Of a DNA stretch of 64,000 nt, positions 23,433-34,641 are shown one piece after another. Made by a program: the position numbers and the translations under genes. The first letter of the stretch is position 1; each line of letters starts with the position of its first letter. The notes below the pieces were generated by a model. The model was given only the letters and a program-made list of their open reading frames with translations. It did no database searches and was not told the origin of the DNA. Source of the stretch: Mantamonas sphyraenae STR306 (taxonomy: Eukaryota; Protista; CRuMs); the NCBI GenBank assembly GCA_026936335.1, contig JAPMXV010000005.1, forward strand, positions 310,001-374,000, written 5' to 3'.

Positions 23433-26400
23433 ATGGTGCGTTGCCATTTCTTGTGTGGACCCGTGGAGAGAGCGCGTGGAGGCTGACACGACGTGTTGTG
23501 TGTAAAATTGTGCGAAGCCGCTGCGTTTGGACATCAAGCGAAAGCTGTCTGCGCGTTCCGACCGCGTCAAGTGTGTGGATCTGCATCCGACCGAGCCGTG
23601 GGTGCTTTCCTCCCTGTACAGCGGCCAGTTGCACCTTTGGAACTATCAAACCCAGGTAAGAGTGTGTGTGGGTAGGGTGCGGAGCGAGCCGACGTGTGTG
23701 CGGCGCTACCCAGTGCCTGTGCTGGGCTGTACCCTGCGACGACCAAAGTGTCGGGGCTTCGCGCTTGGGAGATGCGCGTGTGTCTCGCAGTGCGTTCTGA
23801 CGTCATATACACCCTGCACGGCATGCGCGTCCCGGCCAACACGTGTGCCACATGCATGTCAACCACCCACAGACTCTTCTGAAGACGTTTGAGGTCTCGG
23901 AACTGCCTGGTAAGTGGAAGGGGCAAGCGCGGCCCGCCAGAGGGGAAAATGTCGGTGGAAACTCGCCCTCTTGCGGGAAACAGCTCACACGCGGCGTTTC
24001 TGCACACCACAACGCACAGTGCGCGCTGCCAAGTTCATCCCGCGCAAGCAGTGGATCATTGCGGGTGCAGACGACATGTTTGTGCGCGTGTTCAACTACA
24101 ACACAGGCGAGAAGGTCAAGACATTTGAAGCGCATGGCGACTACATCCGCAGCATCGCCGTCCACCCGACGTCCCCGTACGTCCTCACCTCGTCCGACGA
24201 CATGAGCGTGCGCCTGTGGGACTGGGACAAGAACTGGGAAAACATCCAGGTGAGTTGCGTGCCTCGTTCTCTCTCGCGGGGTGTGCTCACTCGCACACAC
24301 GCACGCCGAACACTCCCGCTCCCACCACTTTGTCACGACCGCTGACACACACCCCTGCTCTCGTTCTCCTTCCTTTCCCTCGCCCTCGAACCCCTCGCGT
24401 ACATTGCTTTCTCACCCATGTCGCCCATGCTCAGCTCTTTGAGGGCCACGGTCACTACGTGATGATGGCTGTGTGGAACCCGAAAGATCCCAATTCGTTC
24501 GCGACCGCGTCGCTAGATCGGACAATCAAGGTGTGGTCGGTGGGGCAGAGCGTACCCAACTTTACCTTGGAGGGACACCAAAAGGGAGTCAACTGTGTGG
24601 ACTACTTCTACGGCAACGACAAGCCATACCTTGTGTCCGGCGCCGACGACCGCACAGTCAAGGTTTGGGACTACCAGAACAAGACGTGTGTGCAGACTCT
24701 GACGGGCCACACCCACAACGTGTCTGCCGTGTGCTTCCACCCGGAACTGCCCATCATCCTGTCGGGCTCGGAAGACGGCACAGCCCGCATCTGGCACGCC
24801 AACACGTACCGGTTGGAGCACACCATGCAAGGCAGCTTTGAGCGAGTGTGGGCCTTTGGGTACCGCAAGGGTCTCAAGTCGGTGGCCATCGGGTACGACG
24901 AGGGCACAGTGCTGATCAAGCTCGGTCGCGACGAACCGGCCGTCAGCATGGACCGCTCTGGCAAGATCATGTGGGCCAAGCAGTCTGAGATCCAGCTGGT
25001 TCACATTTTGGGCAACAAGGACGAGGCTGTGGTCGACGGCGAGCGCCTGGCCTTGGACACCAAGGAAGTCAGCGCCATCGACTTTTACCCTGCTGTCCTC
25101 AAGCACAACCCCAACGGCCGCTTCGTGGTTGCCTGCGGCGACGGCCAGTACACAATTGCCACTGCTGGCCGCAGTTGGCGCACCCGCACAGCCGGTCAGG
25201 CTCTTGACTTTGTGTGGGGCCAGGACGGAGAGTACGTTGTTCGTGTTTTTGTTCCTTTGCGTCCGTTTCCATATTCCGTTTTCCCCGGGTGCATGCTGAT
25301 GCTGATGATCCCTTGTGTGGTGTGTGACGTGCATGTCTATTCGGACGTGATGATCTCTATTTATCACTATTCGTGCGGAGGAGCACTGGCGCAAGTTCGC
25401 CAAGTGTACAAAGGATGCGGTCGCCGTGCCACTGGGCCGATTCCCGGTGCGTGGTTTTCACGCGCTAGGTTGGCCTGGCACGCGTTCCACTCCTACCTAT
25501 CCCATGACGAGTCTTTCATCTTGTCATAGTTACTCTGATCCGACGGCCTACTCTCGCCCCTTTGTTTGCGTTGACCCGCACGGCGGCGTTTGTCCGCGGT
25601 GTGTGTGTGTGCCGCTTGCTGACACCGTTAACCCTGTGCTGTCGCGGGACTGACGCGTGACTGACGCGTGACTACCGCAGGTATGCCGTGCGCGAGACTG
25701 GCTCGAGGGTCAAGCTGTTCTCAAAGAGCTTCAAGGAGACGACAACGCTGAAGCTAAGCTACTCTGCACAAAACATCTACGGTGGTCACCTGCTGGCCAT
25801 CCGTGCAGAAAAGTTTGTGATGCTGTACGACTGGGAAAAGTGCCGCACAGTGCGACGCATCGACGTGTCGCCCAAGGCCATCTACTGGAACGAGTCGGGC
25901 GAGCTGGTGACGCTGGCGTGTGATGACTGCTACTACATCCTGCGCTACAACCGCGAGCTTGTGGAAGCAGCGTTTGATGCGGGCGCGGAAATCGACGTGC
26001 AGGGCATCGACGGCGCCTTTGACGTGGTGCAGCAGATTCCTGAGCGCGTGCGCACGGCCCAGTGGGTGGGCGACGTTTTCATTTACACCAACTCACAGGG
26101 CCGCCTGAACTACTGCGTGGGCAAGGAGGTGGTCACGCTGTCGCATCTTGACCGGCCGATGTACCTGCTGGGCTTCCTGCCCAAGGAGAACCGTCTGTAC
26201 CTGGTGGACAAGGAGTTTACTATTGTGAGCTACACACTGCACATCTCTGTGCTGGAGTACCAGACATACATCTTCCGGGGCGACTTTGAGAGCGCACGAG
26301 AGGTGCTTCCGTCAGTGCCAAAGGAGCACCACAACCGTGTGGCGCGATTTCTGGAGTCGCAGGGCTACCTGGAAGAGGCGCTGATGGTTGCGGACGAACC

Positions 26401-27259
26401 TGAGCAGCGTTTCGACCTTGCTGTGCAGCTCGGCGAGCTGGACGTGGCCTTTGAAATCGCACGCGAGGCCGAGAGCGACGTCAAGTGGCGTCAGCTGAGT
26501 GACCTGGCCCTGCAAGCGTTCAAGATTGACATGGCAGAGGAGTGCATGAAGCAGGCCAAGGACTACTCGGGCCTGCTGCTACTGTATTCATCTCTGGGAG
26601 ACGCGCAGGGCATCGACGCGCTTGCGGAGGAGACGCTGGCCGTAGGCAAGAACAACGTGGCGTTCATGTGCCTGTTCCTGCGCTCGCGTCTGGACGAGTG
26701 CATCAAGCTGCTGTGTGACACAGAGCGCGTGCCCGAGGCAGCGTTCCTTGCACGCACGTACAAACCGTCCAGCGTGAGCGCAATTGTGAGCACGTGGAAG
26801 GCGGCGCTTGTAGAAATCAACGAGCGGGCAAGCGAGTCTTTGGCTGACCCGCAGGAGTACCCCAACCTGTTTCCGGATTGGGACTGGGCGCTGTTGGCCG
26901 ATCGTCTGCTGAGCGAGGAGCGTGCGGAACCGGTCAGCGCACTTCACTACCCGGACTACTACACAGACCTTGACCGACAGGTGATTGCAGAGCTGAAGGA
27001 GCAGGCGCTCAATGAGCAGTACACGCACGACGCTGGGGAGATGGAGGACGGCGAGGCTGGAGACGAGGCTGGCGGCGACGCGGACGATGTCGAAGCAGTC
27101 ACCGCACAGGATGGAGGCGTTGATACGTCTGTCAACGAGGGCGAAGAGGAAGGTGATGGCGGAGCCGAGGATGCAGGTGAGGAGGAGGCGGTGGACGAGG
27201 CCGACGCGCTGGCCGCCGAGCTGGAGCTGGATCTGGAGGGGGAGGACGACGAGGCTTAG
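23433..27259 (+). CDS. COPB2: Coatomer subunit beta' (Sec27)
   Basis: M|[28 protein letters not shown]; WD40s; C-terminal solenoid ([32 protein letters not shown]). ATG-only first coding exon 23433-23435, 37-nt exon 23873-23909, long intron 25233-25680. Confidence 0.97.
25341..25543 (+). ncRNA. Intronic box C/D snoRNA, U46/SNORD46/snR63-like (LSU rRNA helix 69 2'-O-methyl-A guide)
   Basis: Terminal stem TCGGA(25341)/TCCGA(25539); C box GTGATGA 25347-25353; C'-like ATGACGA 25504; D box CTGA 25535-25538 preceded by GTCATAGTTACT, complementary to conserved LSU AGUAACUAUGAC. Confidence 0.85.
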
Positions 27260-27364
27260 GCAATTTTTGGGACACGACGAATGAAGGTTGGTTTGGCAAA
27301 AACTAGGTGAGACTCTTGCGCTTCGTGCGAAGACGGAGCAAAAGAAAGCGTGGCGTTCCCCTCG

Positions 27365-30300
27365 ATGAGCAGCACCAAGCATCCGCCCCCGGACGCGTTC
27401 AATCGAGCAGGAACGGTGCGCAACGCCCACGCAGTGCTGAGCAAGGGCAGACGCACGGGGAAGTCGAGTGGGACAAGCAGTGGTGGCGGACAGCAGAGCC
27501 AGCAAAGGAGCAAGCGAAGGGTGCCGATTGCCACAAACTACCACCGGCAAAACACGCTGCACAACGTGATTGCGCCTGAATTTCCCTTTCTTCAAGAGGA
27601 ATTTGACCGATTGGATGCAGGCGACAAATTTCTTCAGGGTGGCGGCAGCAGGATGCGCGGGAATGGGTCCAGGAGCCGGGTGTCGTCGAGCAGCAGCTCG
27701 GTGCTCGGGGAGACGCTGGAAGAACTGCTGCACAGCAACGAGCGGCTGTACGGCAACACGCCAGGGGAACCCATTTACCAGATGGAGGGAATGTCGTCTG
27801 AGCAAATGATGGCTGTGCAGGCAGCACGAATGACGTCTGCGCGGAAGAACAAAGGCGAAGGCGAAACGGATACCACCAATGTACGGGTGGTGAACCTGGT
27901 GATGGACGAGGAGAAGAGACACACAAGCAAGAGGAGTGGCAGCAGCAAGGATGGGAAGCGCACAAGCAGAGCACAAAGTAGCGGGGATAGCATGCGGGCG
28001 CTGAGCGTGGTGTCAAGTCAGTCGTTGGGCAGGCGGCACCCAACGGACAACGACAACGACGAAGACGACGACAAAGAGGCTGCGGAGAAACGCACCGGCC
28101 ACAAACGTCGCCCTCACACCTCCCATGGATCTCGGAACCCTCCACGTAGTACGTTTGCAGCAAAGCCAAGCTACATGGAGAAGAAACGAGGCGGGAGTGC
28201 AGCGCGGCAAAGGCAACGGCGCGCAGTCGCCGCTGCATCGGACTCGGACAAGAAACGGATCAATGGACGTGTTCCATCGGCCACAAGGCGCCTGGAGGGG
28301 TTGCAGGAGGAGGGAGACGGGCCTGGAATGCGGGAGGGGTCGCTGGAGCTGCGAAACGAGAGCGAGAGCGAGGACGAGGACGTGAGCGAGCTGGACATGC
28401 TGGACGACGACCACTCGTTGGCAATGGACTGGGCAGACGGCCAGATGAGCAGCACCACGCGTGAGAACAGACATGAAGAGATTCACAGGGATGCGGCGTC
28501 GTCAACACGGCAAGGAGGGCGAGTGGAAGTGATTGACGAACGCACAGCAGACAGACACACGGGAGCGCGACATGGCGTGGTGCACCGCAAGGTGGGCCAT
28601 CGCAATGCAGCGACCAAGCTGTCGCGCAAAGCAGACAAACTGGATTTGGTGGCGTCCGGCGATGGGACGTCGAGTTTTGGCATCCATCCAGACCTGGCCG
28701 AAGCAGCGGCGCTGGGCAAGTCGTTCAAGACCACGCACGAGTTTGGACGCCGTCCGAAAAAGACAAGTGGCGATCTGAGCTTCCGCTCAGACGCGGGGGG
28801 CAGCATTGCACACCAGGAACAGCTGCGCAGGGAAAGACTGTCTGTGGTGAGCCGCGGCGGGAGCGGCGCACGATCCAATCGGACAGAGACAGAGCACGAT
28901 GTGCTGCATAGCACAACGGCACCTTTGTCGCCAAGACGCAAGTATGGAGAATTGGGAGAGCAGATTGCGGCGTCTCTGGGCATAGAGAGCACAAACATGG
29001 CGAACGTAAGCCCAAGGCGGCCTGGAGATGCTGAACGTGGTGACGGGACGCGAAGTACACATGCACAACAGAGACAGGAAGTGAAGCATCGGCTGCGTGA
29101 AGATTGGCTGCTGAGTACGGTGGAGGAAGGAGACATGGAGGAAGAGCTGGACGGATTTGTGTACGGGGTGCTTGGAGCATTTGGGTCTGCAGAGGGATCA
29201 CGCGTGGAGGCGCCTGTGATTCCCGAGTCTCGCATTCCGCAGCAATACCACAAGCTCAAGAGCCAACCAAGTGTGTTTTCCAGCCAGGTGCTGGGCGAGA
29301 CGAGCCGAGTGGTGTTTGACGAGGAGACACGTCTGTTTCAGTCGGCAGCGTTCCCGTCGAGCAAGCCATCGGGCAGAATGGAAGTGCTGGAGCTGACGCG
29401 TACGCTTGGAAAGATGCTGCGCAAGGTAACGCCTGCAGAGTTTACAACGCAGGCGAGCGAGCAGGAGTCGACGGTGGCGCTGTACACCTTTGAGGAGCTG
29501 TTTGGCGAGGAGCTGCATGTGCTGGATGTAGTGTTGTCCGAAGTGGTGCGCCAGGTGTTTGTCAACTGTGTGGAGCGTGGCCTGCTTCTGGAGCACCTGC
29601 GGGCGCGTGTGATGAGCATCCAGGCGGTGGTGGCGAAGCGGTTCAACCGTATGCGGCACGATCTGGAGTACTATCAGCACTTTGAGAAGGAAAGAAAGAG
29701 GATGCAGCACGAGATCAAAATGTGGAAGGGTGGGTACAAGGAACTGCGGCACGAATACGACCGCCTGATGCGTCGGTCGGACAGGCTGGAGGAGACGCTG
29801 CAACAACAGATGCGAGAGCGGTCGCAGGCCAACCGACTGTACCAGCGCATTGTAGAGCTGCGTCGACAGGACCAGGTGGAGATGGCACGTGTGTTGGCGC
29901 AGGACTTTGATGTGGATTCGCTTCCGAAGGAGGAGATCCTGGCCATTGCGGAGCAGCTCGAGTTTAGTGCCACCAACACACTGGATTTGGGTGTCAAGAA
30001 CCAAGCAAATGCGGTGCAGTTCCTGATGTCGTTCATGTCCAACATGGAGAGACACATCCACTCGCTGGAAGTGCAGCGCAAGCTGCGCAGTGCGAAAGAG
30101 CAGGTCGGCAACGCAGACCATAGTGGAGGCTTCATTCCCTACAACGCTCGCGAGCTGGTGCAGCAAGTACTGAAGCTCACCCAGCGGCTGAAAGATCTGG
30201 TGGAGGCCGGCAAAGACGAGCGTGTGATGAGCAAGGGCGATCTGCAAAGTGAACTGGACCGACTGAACGAGATTGCACAGCGGGAGGCCAATGGAGAGTT

Positions 30301-32500
30301 GAAAGCAGAGCTGGCTGCACTGGAGAAACGAGCTCGGGAGGAGGCGGAGGAGGCGGCGCGAGCGCGGCTGGAAGCGGAGGAGGCAGCGCGGAAAGTGGAA
30401 ACCGCGGACTTTGGGATGCAAGTGGACATGATGGCAGAGATTAAGGAGGCGCTGTCGCAGTCGACGGGCAAGAAGAAGAAGAAGAAACTGAGTGGGAACA
30501 AGCGGTTGCTTCGGTCATTCAAGACGAACGACGTCCACATGCAACAGATGCTGCGCAACCACACGGGGGGAGGCATTGAAGTGCGCTCGCGGATGTGGCT
30601 GCATCGTTTCATGCGCATGTCGTACACCACGAAGCGGGCAGCGGATCTTGCCGGCGAAGGGCGCAACAGCACTGAACGCAAGAGCAGCAGCACCGCTGTC
30701 GGCTTTGGTGGTGCTGGCCATGGCCTGGTGGGAGGCACGGGACACCGTTCTCCGTCTCCGTCCCCGTCGCTGTCGCCGTCTCCGTCCCCGTCTCCTGGGC
30801 TTCAACGATCAGGTGGAAGCAGCAGCAGCCTAAACCTGGCCACTCCAGGCACTTCTGCAGGTGGCGTTGAGTACTCGATTAGCAATGGCAGTAGCAGCAG
30901 TGGTGGCGGCGGCGGCGGAAGCGATGGTGGAGAAGGCACAAGCGGACGCCGAGGTGGACCAGGCAACCCAATGGGCCATGCCACGCTGGCCGAGCATTTC
31001 GTGCAGTTCCTGAAGGAGAAGTATGGGTTCCAGAAGCTGGTGGAGATGAACTGTGCGTTTGTGGTGGCAAGCATCCAGTCGCATCGCGAGAGCGACCCTG
31101 CGGTGGAGTTGTACGCGCGGTTCCTTGAGGGCAGATTCACGGTGGAGATGATGGATGCGTTTTTCCGTGCATCGGAATTGCTGGATTCGCTGGATGTGGG
31201 CAACACATTTCCAGGGTTCGAGGGGGACGACATGTGCAATCGCTATGTGTGCCTGTACAGGTGCATGGCGGTGAACCAAGAGATCTTTGGGGAGCGCCCT
31301 TTTGAAGCAGAAGCGGAGTACATTGCTCGCCTGCAAGAAAAGGCTGTGCCTGTGGAGGAGAAGGACTACGCGAACGAGCACCACCTGATGTCGCGCAACT
31401 TCCAGTTGAAGATCCGCTGGATCGACTTTATGATGGAGATGTGCGTGGAGTACGAGAATCTGGAGCGCGCGCTGCAGATGTACATCGACCAGCTGTTCCG
31501 AGAGTACGACGAGAACGGCGACGGGGTCCTTGAGTGGGATGAGTTCCAGGAGATCATCACCAACGTGAACGAGAACGTGACACACGCGCAAGTGCGCGAG
31601 CTGTGGGAGCGTGCGGTCCAGCTAAACCAACCAGCGATGAGCAAGTACATCAACCGAGCGGCTTTGCAGGGCTTGGAAGACGAGACACGGTTGTTTCGAC
31701 GCAGCTTCAAAGTACTGAACGAATTCAAGGCACGGCAGGAGGAGGCGCGGTCGGAAGAGTTCCAAGAACGCCAGGCCGAGCTGGTGGGCATTGTGATGGA
31801 GCATTGGGAAAGCGTGCGAGGTGACTATGCGGCGTTTGCTGAGCGGTTGCATGAAGAAGGGTTGGACGACCTTCACGTGCGTGCTCTGAACGCACAAATG
31901 AGCTTTGAAGGTCTGGTGAAGCAGGAGAACATGCATGGATACGAAGTGTATGCGGCATATGTGCGCTTGGTGACGATGTACGGCCACCTTGCTTTTACAC
32001 GGCTGCAGGAAGAAAAGGCACGTGCTAGCGAGGTGAATCCGTCGCTACTGCAGCGTGACCTGGACCTGCTGCATGGGATGGCCAACATCAGCAGATGGTA
32101 CAGCGACGCAGTGATCACGGTGCAGAAGGAGGGTCTGCAGGTTGTGGAGGCAGCGAAGAAGCGAGAGGGGAAACGAGGAGGCAACGACGAAGACGACGAG
32201 AATGATGTGAAGGAGACGTTTGACGAGGAGAGAGTGCAGGAATTGCAACGACTGGAAGGCTTGTTGCAGCGTGTGCTGGATCCAAAGCGTGGATTTACGC
32301 AGGCGGGCCATCTGCGCGAAGTGTTTTCGTTTGATTGGAGCATGGTGCAGACGGATGACAGCGAGGAGGAGGAAGAATCCTCTTCGTCGAGACGGAGTTC
32401 GGCAAGTGTTTCTCGCAAAGGGTCTGTTTCGACGACGCCACGCAAGGGAAAGCGGGCGCGGCGCAAGAGCAGTGTGAGCGGGAAACCGCCGCGAGGATGA
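27365..32500 (+). CDS. Large intronless protein with axonemal dynein light-chain domain, coiled coils and EF-hand (AXDND1/TSNAXIP1-like)
   Basis: PSGRMEVLELTRTLGKML...EVVRQVFVNCVERGLLLEHLR; FLKEKYG..LV...VELYARFL; EF-hand DENGDGVLEWDEF. Confidence 0.7.
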   Translation: MSSTKHPPPDAFNRAGTVRNAHAVLSKGRRTGKSSGTSSGGGQQSQQRSKRRVPIATNYHRQNTLHNVIAPEFPFLQEEFDRLDAGDKFLQGGGSRMRGNGSRSRVSSSSSSVLGETLEELLHSNERLYGNTPGEPIYQMEGMSSEQMMAVQAARMTSARKNKGEGETDTTNVRVVNLVMDEEKRHTSKRSGSSKDGKRTSRAQSSGDSMRALSVVSSQSLGRRHPTDNDNDEDDDKEAAEKRTGHKRRPHTSHGSRNPPRSTFAAKPSYMEKKRGGSAARQRQRRAVAAASDSDKKRINGRVPSATRRLEGLQEEGDGPGMREGSLELRNESESEDEDVSELDMLDDDHSLAMDWADGQMSSTTRENRHEEIHRDAASSTRQGGRVEVIDERTADRHTGARHGVVHRKVGHRNAATKLSRKADKLDLVASGDGTSSFGIHPDLAEAAALGKSFKTTHEFGRRPKKTSGDLSFRSDAGGSIAHQEQLRRERLSVVSRGGSGARSNRTETEHDVLHSTTAPLSPRRKYGELGEQIAASLGIESTNMANVSPRRPGDAERGDGTRSTHAQQRQEVKHRLREDWLLSTVEEGDMEEELDGFVYGVLGAFGSAEGSRVEAPVIPESRIPQQYHKLKSQPSVFSSQVLGETSRVVFDEETRLFQSAAFPSSKPSGRMEVLELTRTLGKMLRKVTPAEFTTQASEQESTVALYTFEELFGEELHVLDVVLSEVVRQVFVNCVERGLLLEHLRARVMSIQAVVAKRFNRMRHDLEYYQHFEKERKRMQHEIKMWKGGYKELRHEYDRLMRRSDRLEETLQQQMRERSQANRLYQRIVELRRQDQVEMARVLAQDFDVDSLPKEEILAIAEQLEFSATNTLDLGVKNQANAVQFLMSFMSNMERHIHSLEVQRKLRSAKEQVGNADHSGGFIPYNARELVQQVLKLTQRLKDLVEAGKDERVMSKGDLQSELDRLNEIAQREANGELKAELAALEKRAREEAEEAARARLEAEEAARKVETADFGMQVDMMAEIKEALSQSTGKKKKKKLSGNKRLLRSFKTNDVHMQQMLRNHTGGGIEVRSRMWLHRFMRMSYTTKRAADLAGEGRNSTERKSSSTAVGFGGAGHGLVGGTGHRSPSPSPSLSPSPSPSPGLQRSGGSSSSLNLATPGTSAGGVEYSISNGSSSSGGGGGGSDGGEGTSGRRGGPGNPMGHATLAEHFVQFLKEKYGFQKLVEMNCAFVVASIQSHRESDPAVELYARFLEGRFTVEMMDAFFRASELLDSLDVGNTFPGFEGDDMCNRYVCLYRCMAVNQEIFGERPFEAEAEYIARLQEKAVPVEEKDYANEHHLMSRNFQLKIRWIDFMMEMCVEYENLERALQMYIDQLFREYDENGDGVLEWDEFQEIITNVNENVTHAQVRELWERAVQLNQPAMSKYINRAALQGLEDETRLFRRSFKVLNEFKARQEEARSEEFQERQAELVGIVMEHWESVRGDYAAFAERLHEEGLDDLHVRALNAQMSFEGLVKQENMHGYEVYAAYVRLVTMYGHLAFTRLQEEKARASEVNPSLLQRDLDLLHGMANISRWYSDAVITVQKEGLQVVEAAKKREGKRGGNDEDDENDVKETFDEERVQELQRLEGLLQRVLDPKRGFTQAGHLREVFSFDWSMVQTDDSEEEEESSSSRRSSASVSRKGSVSTTPRKGKRARRKSSVSGKPPRG

Positions 32501-32557
32501 GTGTGGTGGAAGGACAGACGAAGAAAGTGTTGACTGAATGCACCTGTGAATTCTCAT

Positions 32558-34566
32558 TCATTGTTTGTCCAAAGCTCCCTCGAGGGCGCGAAACAGGCGC
32601 CAGAAGCGCATGCCGTTGCCTCTGCCACGGCGAAGGTCGAGGACGACATCGTAGTCGAGGGTGCGCACCAGGGCGGCGTCAAAAAGGACAGTGTCGTTGG
32701 CGTCTTTGATGACGATGGTGGCGGTGTCCTGATTCAGGGTTGCTTCCTCGCCGTCGAGGAGGTGTTTGGACAGGGTGAGGAGGACGCGTTGTTGGAGCTC
32801 AGCGACGCCCTCAGGGCATGGTAGCGCGATGCGGGTGGCGCGTTTGGTGACGCCAATGGGAGGAAGGTCTGCCACACCCGGGGGTAGCTCATCGACGTCG
32901 ACATGAGTTTCGGCGCTGTCAAATATGGCACGGTAGATGGTTGGGGAGTCGATTCGGTCGACGACGAGGGAGGTGCGTGGCCGGAAGAAGCGAGTGTTGG
33001 GCGCCCCACGGAAAGTGACCTGGTCGTCGGTGGAGGAGAGATTGGCAAGGCTGCCTGCGCTGAGGGAGGTCATACTGACGTAGGCGTTGTCGATGACGTT
33101 GGCGAGGGTGGGCCTTGCGTCGTCCATGAGCTCATCGTCCATGCTGTAGTCGTGGGCTAGGTCGTCCTGGTCCATCGAGTCTGAAAAGGAGGCCTGATCT
33201 TGAATACTGTTACTGTTTCTACTGGAGGAAGACGAGGAGGAGGTGGTGGAGGTGGAGGAGGTGGCGGAGGCGGACAACGAGACAGAGGTGCTGGTGGTCG
33301 TGTCGCTGTCGGTGGTGAGACTGATGGTTTCTGCAGAGATGATGGTGTGTGTGGACTGCTGTCGAGAGTTGTCACGACGGGCAGAGTGTGCAAGGGTATC
33401 CTGGCTGGCAATGGACGGGGTAGAAGTGAGGTCGGTGGAGATGTGCACCGACTGGGCCGCCGCAGTCCCTGTGTACGACTGTGTGGACGAGGATGCGGAC
33501 GAGGAGGCGGATGCCAGCCACGGGTGGTTGATGACTCCTTCAATGTCTATCCTGCGGCTGGGCAGGGGCTGGAGCATGGCCGTGAGGAGGTCGAGGGCGT
33601 CGTCGGAAAGCTCGTCCCGACGGGCGTCTGGCCACGGGTACTCGCCGTGGCGGAGGATGTGCTCGTACTCACGAGAGGAGGCGTAGTCCTTACGATCGAG
33701 GTCAAACGGATAGCAGCCAAAGAGGCAACAGAAGAGGATGACGCCAGCAGCCCAGATGTCGGTGGGCGGCCCCTCGTAAGGCACCTTGTTCTGGGCACAG
33801 TTGAAGATTTCCGGGGCCGCGTAGAAGCGAGAGCAGGAGCTTGCAGAAATGGTTTGGCCAGGCTTGACCTGCTGGGCAAGGCCAAAGTCACACAGCTTGA
33901 CGACGTCCTGAGCGTCAAGGAGGACGTTCTCCAGCTTCAGGTCGCGGTGCACCACGCCTCGCGAGTGGCAGTATGCCACGGCGTCCACAATCTGGCCAAA
34001 GAAGTGGCGTGCTGTGTCCTCGTCGAGTCCGTGCTCTCCCACTGCTCGCACACGAGAGGGTCAGATTTCGGCGGATTGGGGGATTTGGACGACGATCACC
34101 AGAAAAAGGGCGCGGCGGGCTACAACACAGGGCCACACAGACCGCGGGATGGCCAGGGCGTACAGATTGGGAAGTAGGGGGTGAGAGGGAGCAACGTACC
34201 GACGCGGTTGTACATTTCGCCTCCGGTGGCGAGCTCGAGCATGAGGTAGACGTTTGTGTCGTCTTCGGCGCAGTCGAGGAGGGCGAGGATGTTGGGGTGG
34301 TCCAGCTCCTTCTGGATCTGGATCTCCTTGTTGATGTCGAGCTTCTTCTTGATGATGGCTTGCTTGTCGATGACCTTCATGGCCACGTGACGGTGCGGGT
34401 GGTCCCTGCTGAGGTTCTGGGCGGTGGCCATGACGACCAGGCCGTAGAAGCCTTCGCCCAGGAAGTCCCTGATGGGGAACTCTCCGTCTGCAGTGCGCAT
34501 GGTCTTTTCGGAGCGCGCCGACTCGTGCACGAGGTAGGTGCAGTTCTGGGACTGGATGGTCGGCAT
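32558..34566 (-). CDS. CAMK-group (CAMKL-like) Ser/Thr kinase
   Basis: LGEGFYG, VAMK, HRDLKLEN, DFG, YAAPE, DIWAAGVI; intron 34199-34042. Confidence 0.9.
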
Positions 34567-34641
34567 GGGCAGGGCAAGTTGGTGGCGGCGGGGCAGGCGC
34601 CCCAGAGGCCAATCAATCTGACATCATCAAACAAAAGGCCA

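Noticed and set aside
25648-25673. GACTGACGCGT tandem duplication
   Set aside because: A short duplication of the branch-point region with no further evidence of function.
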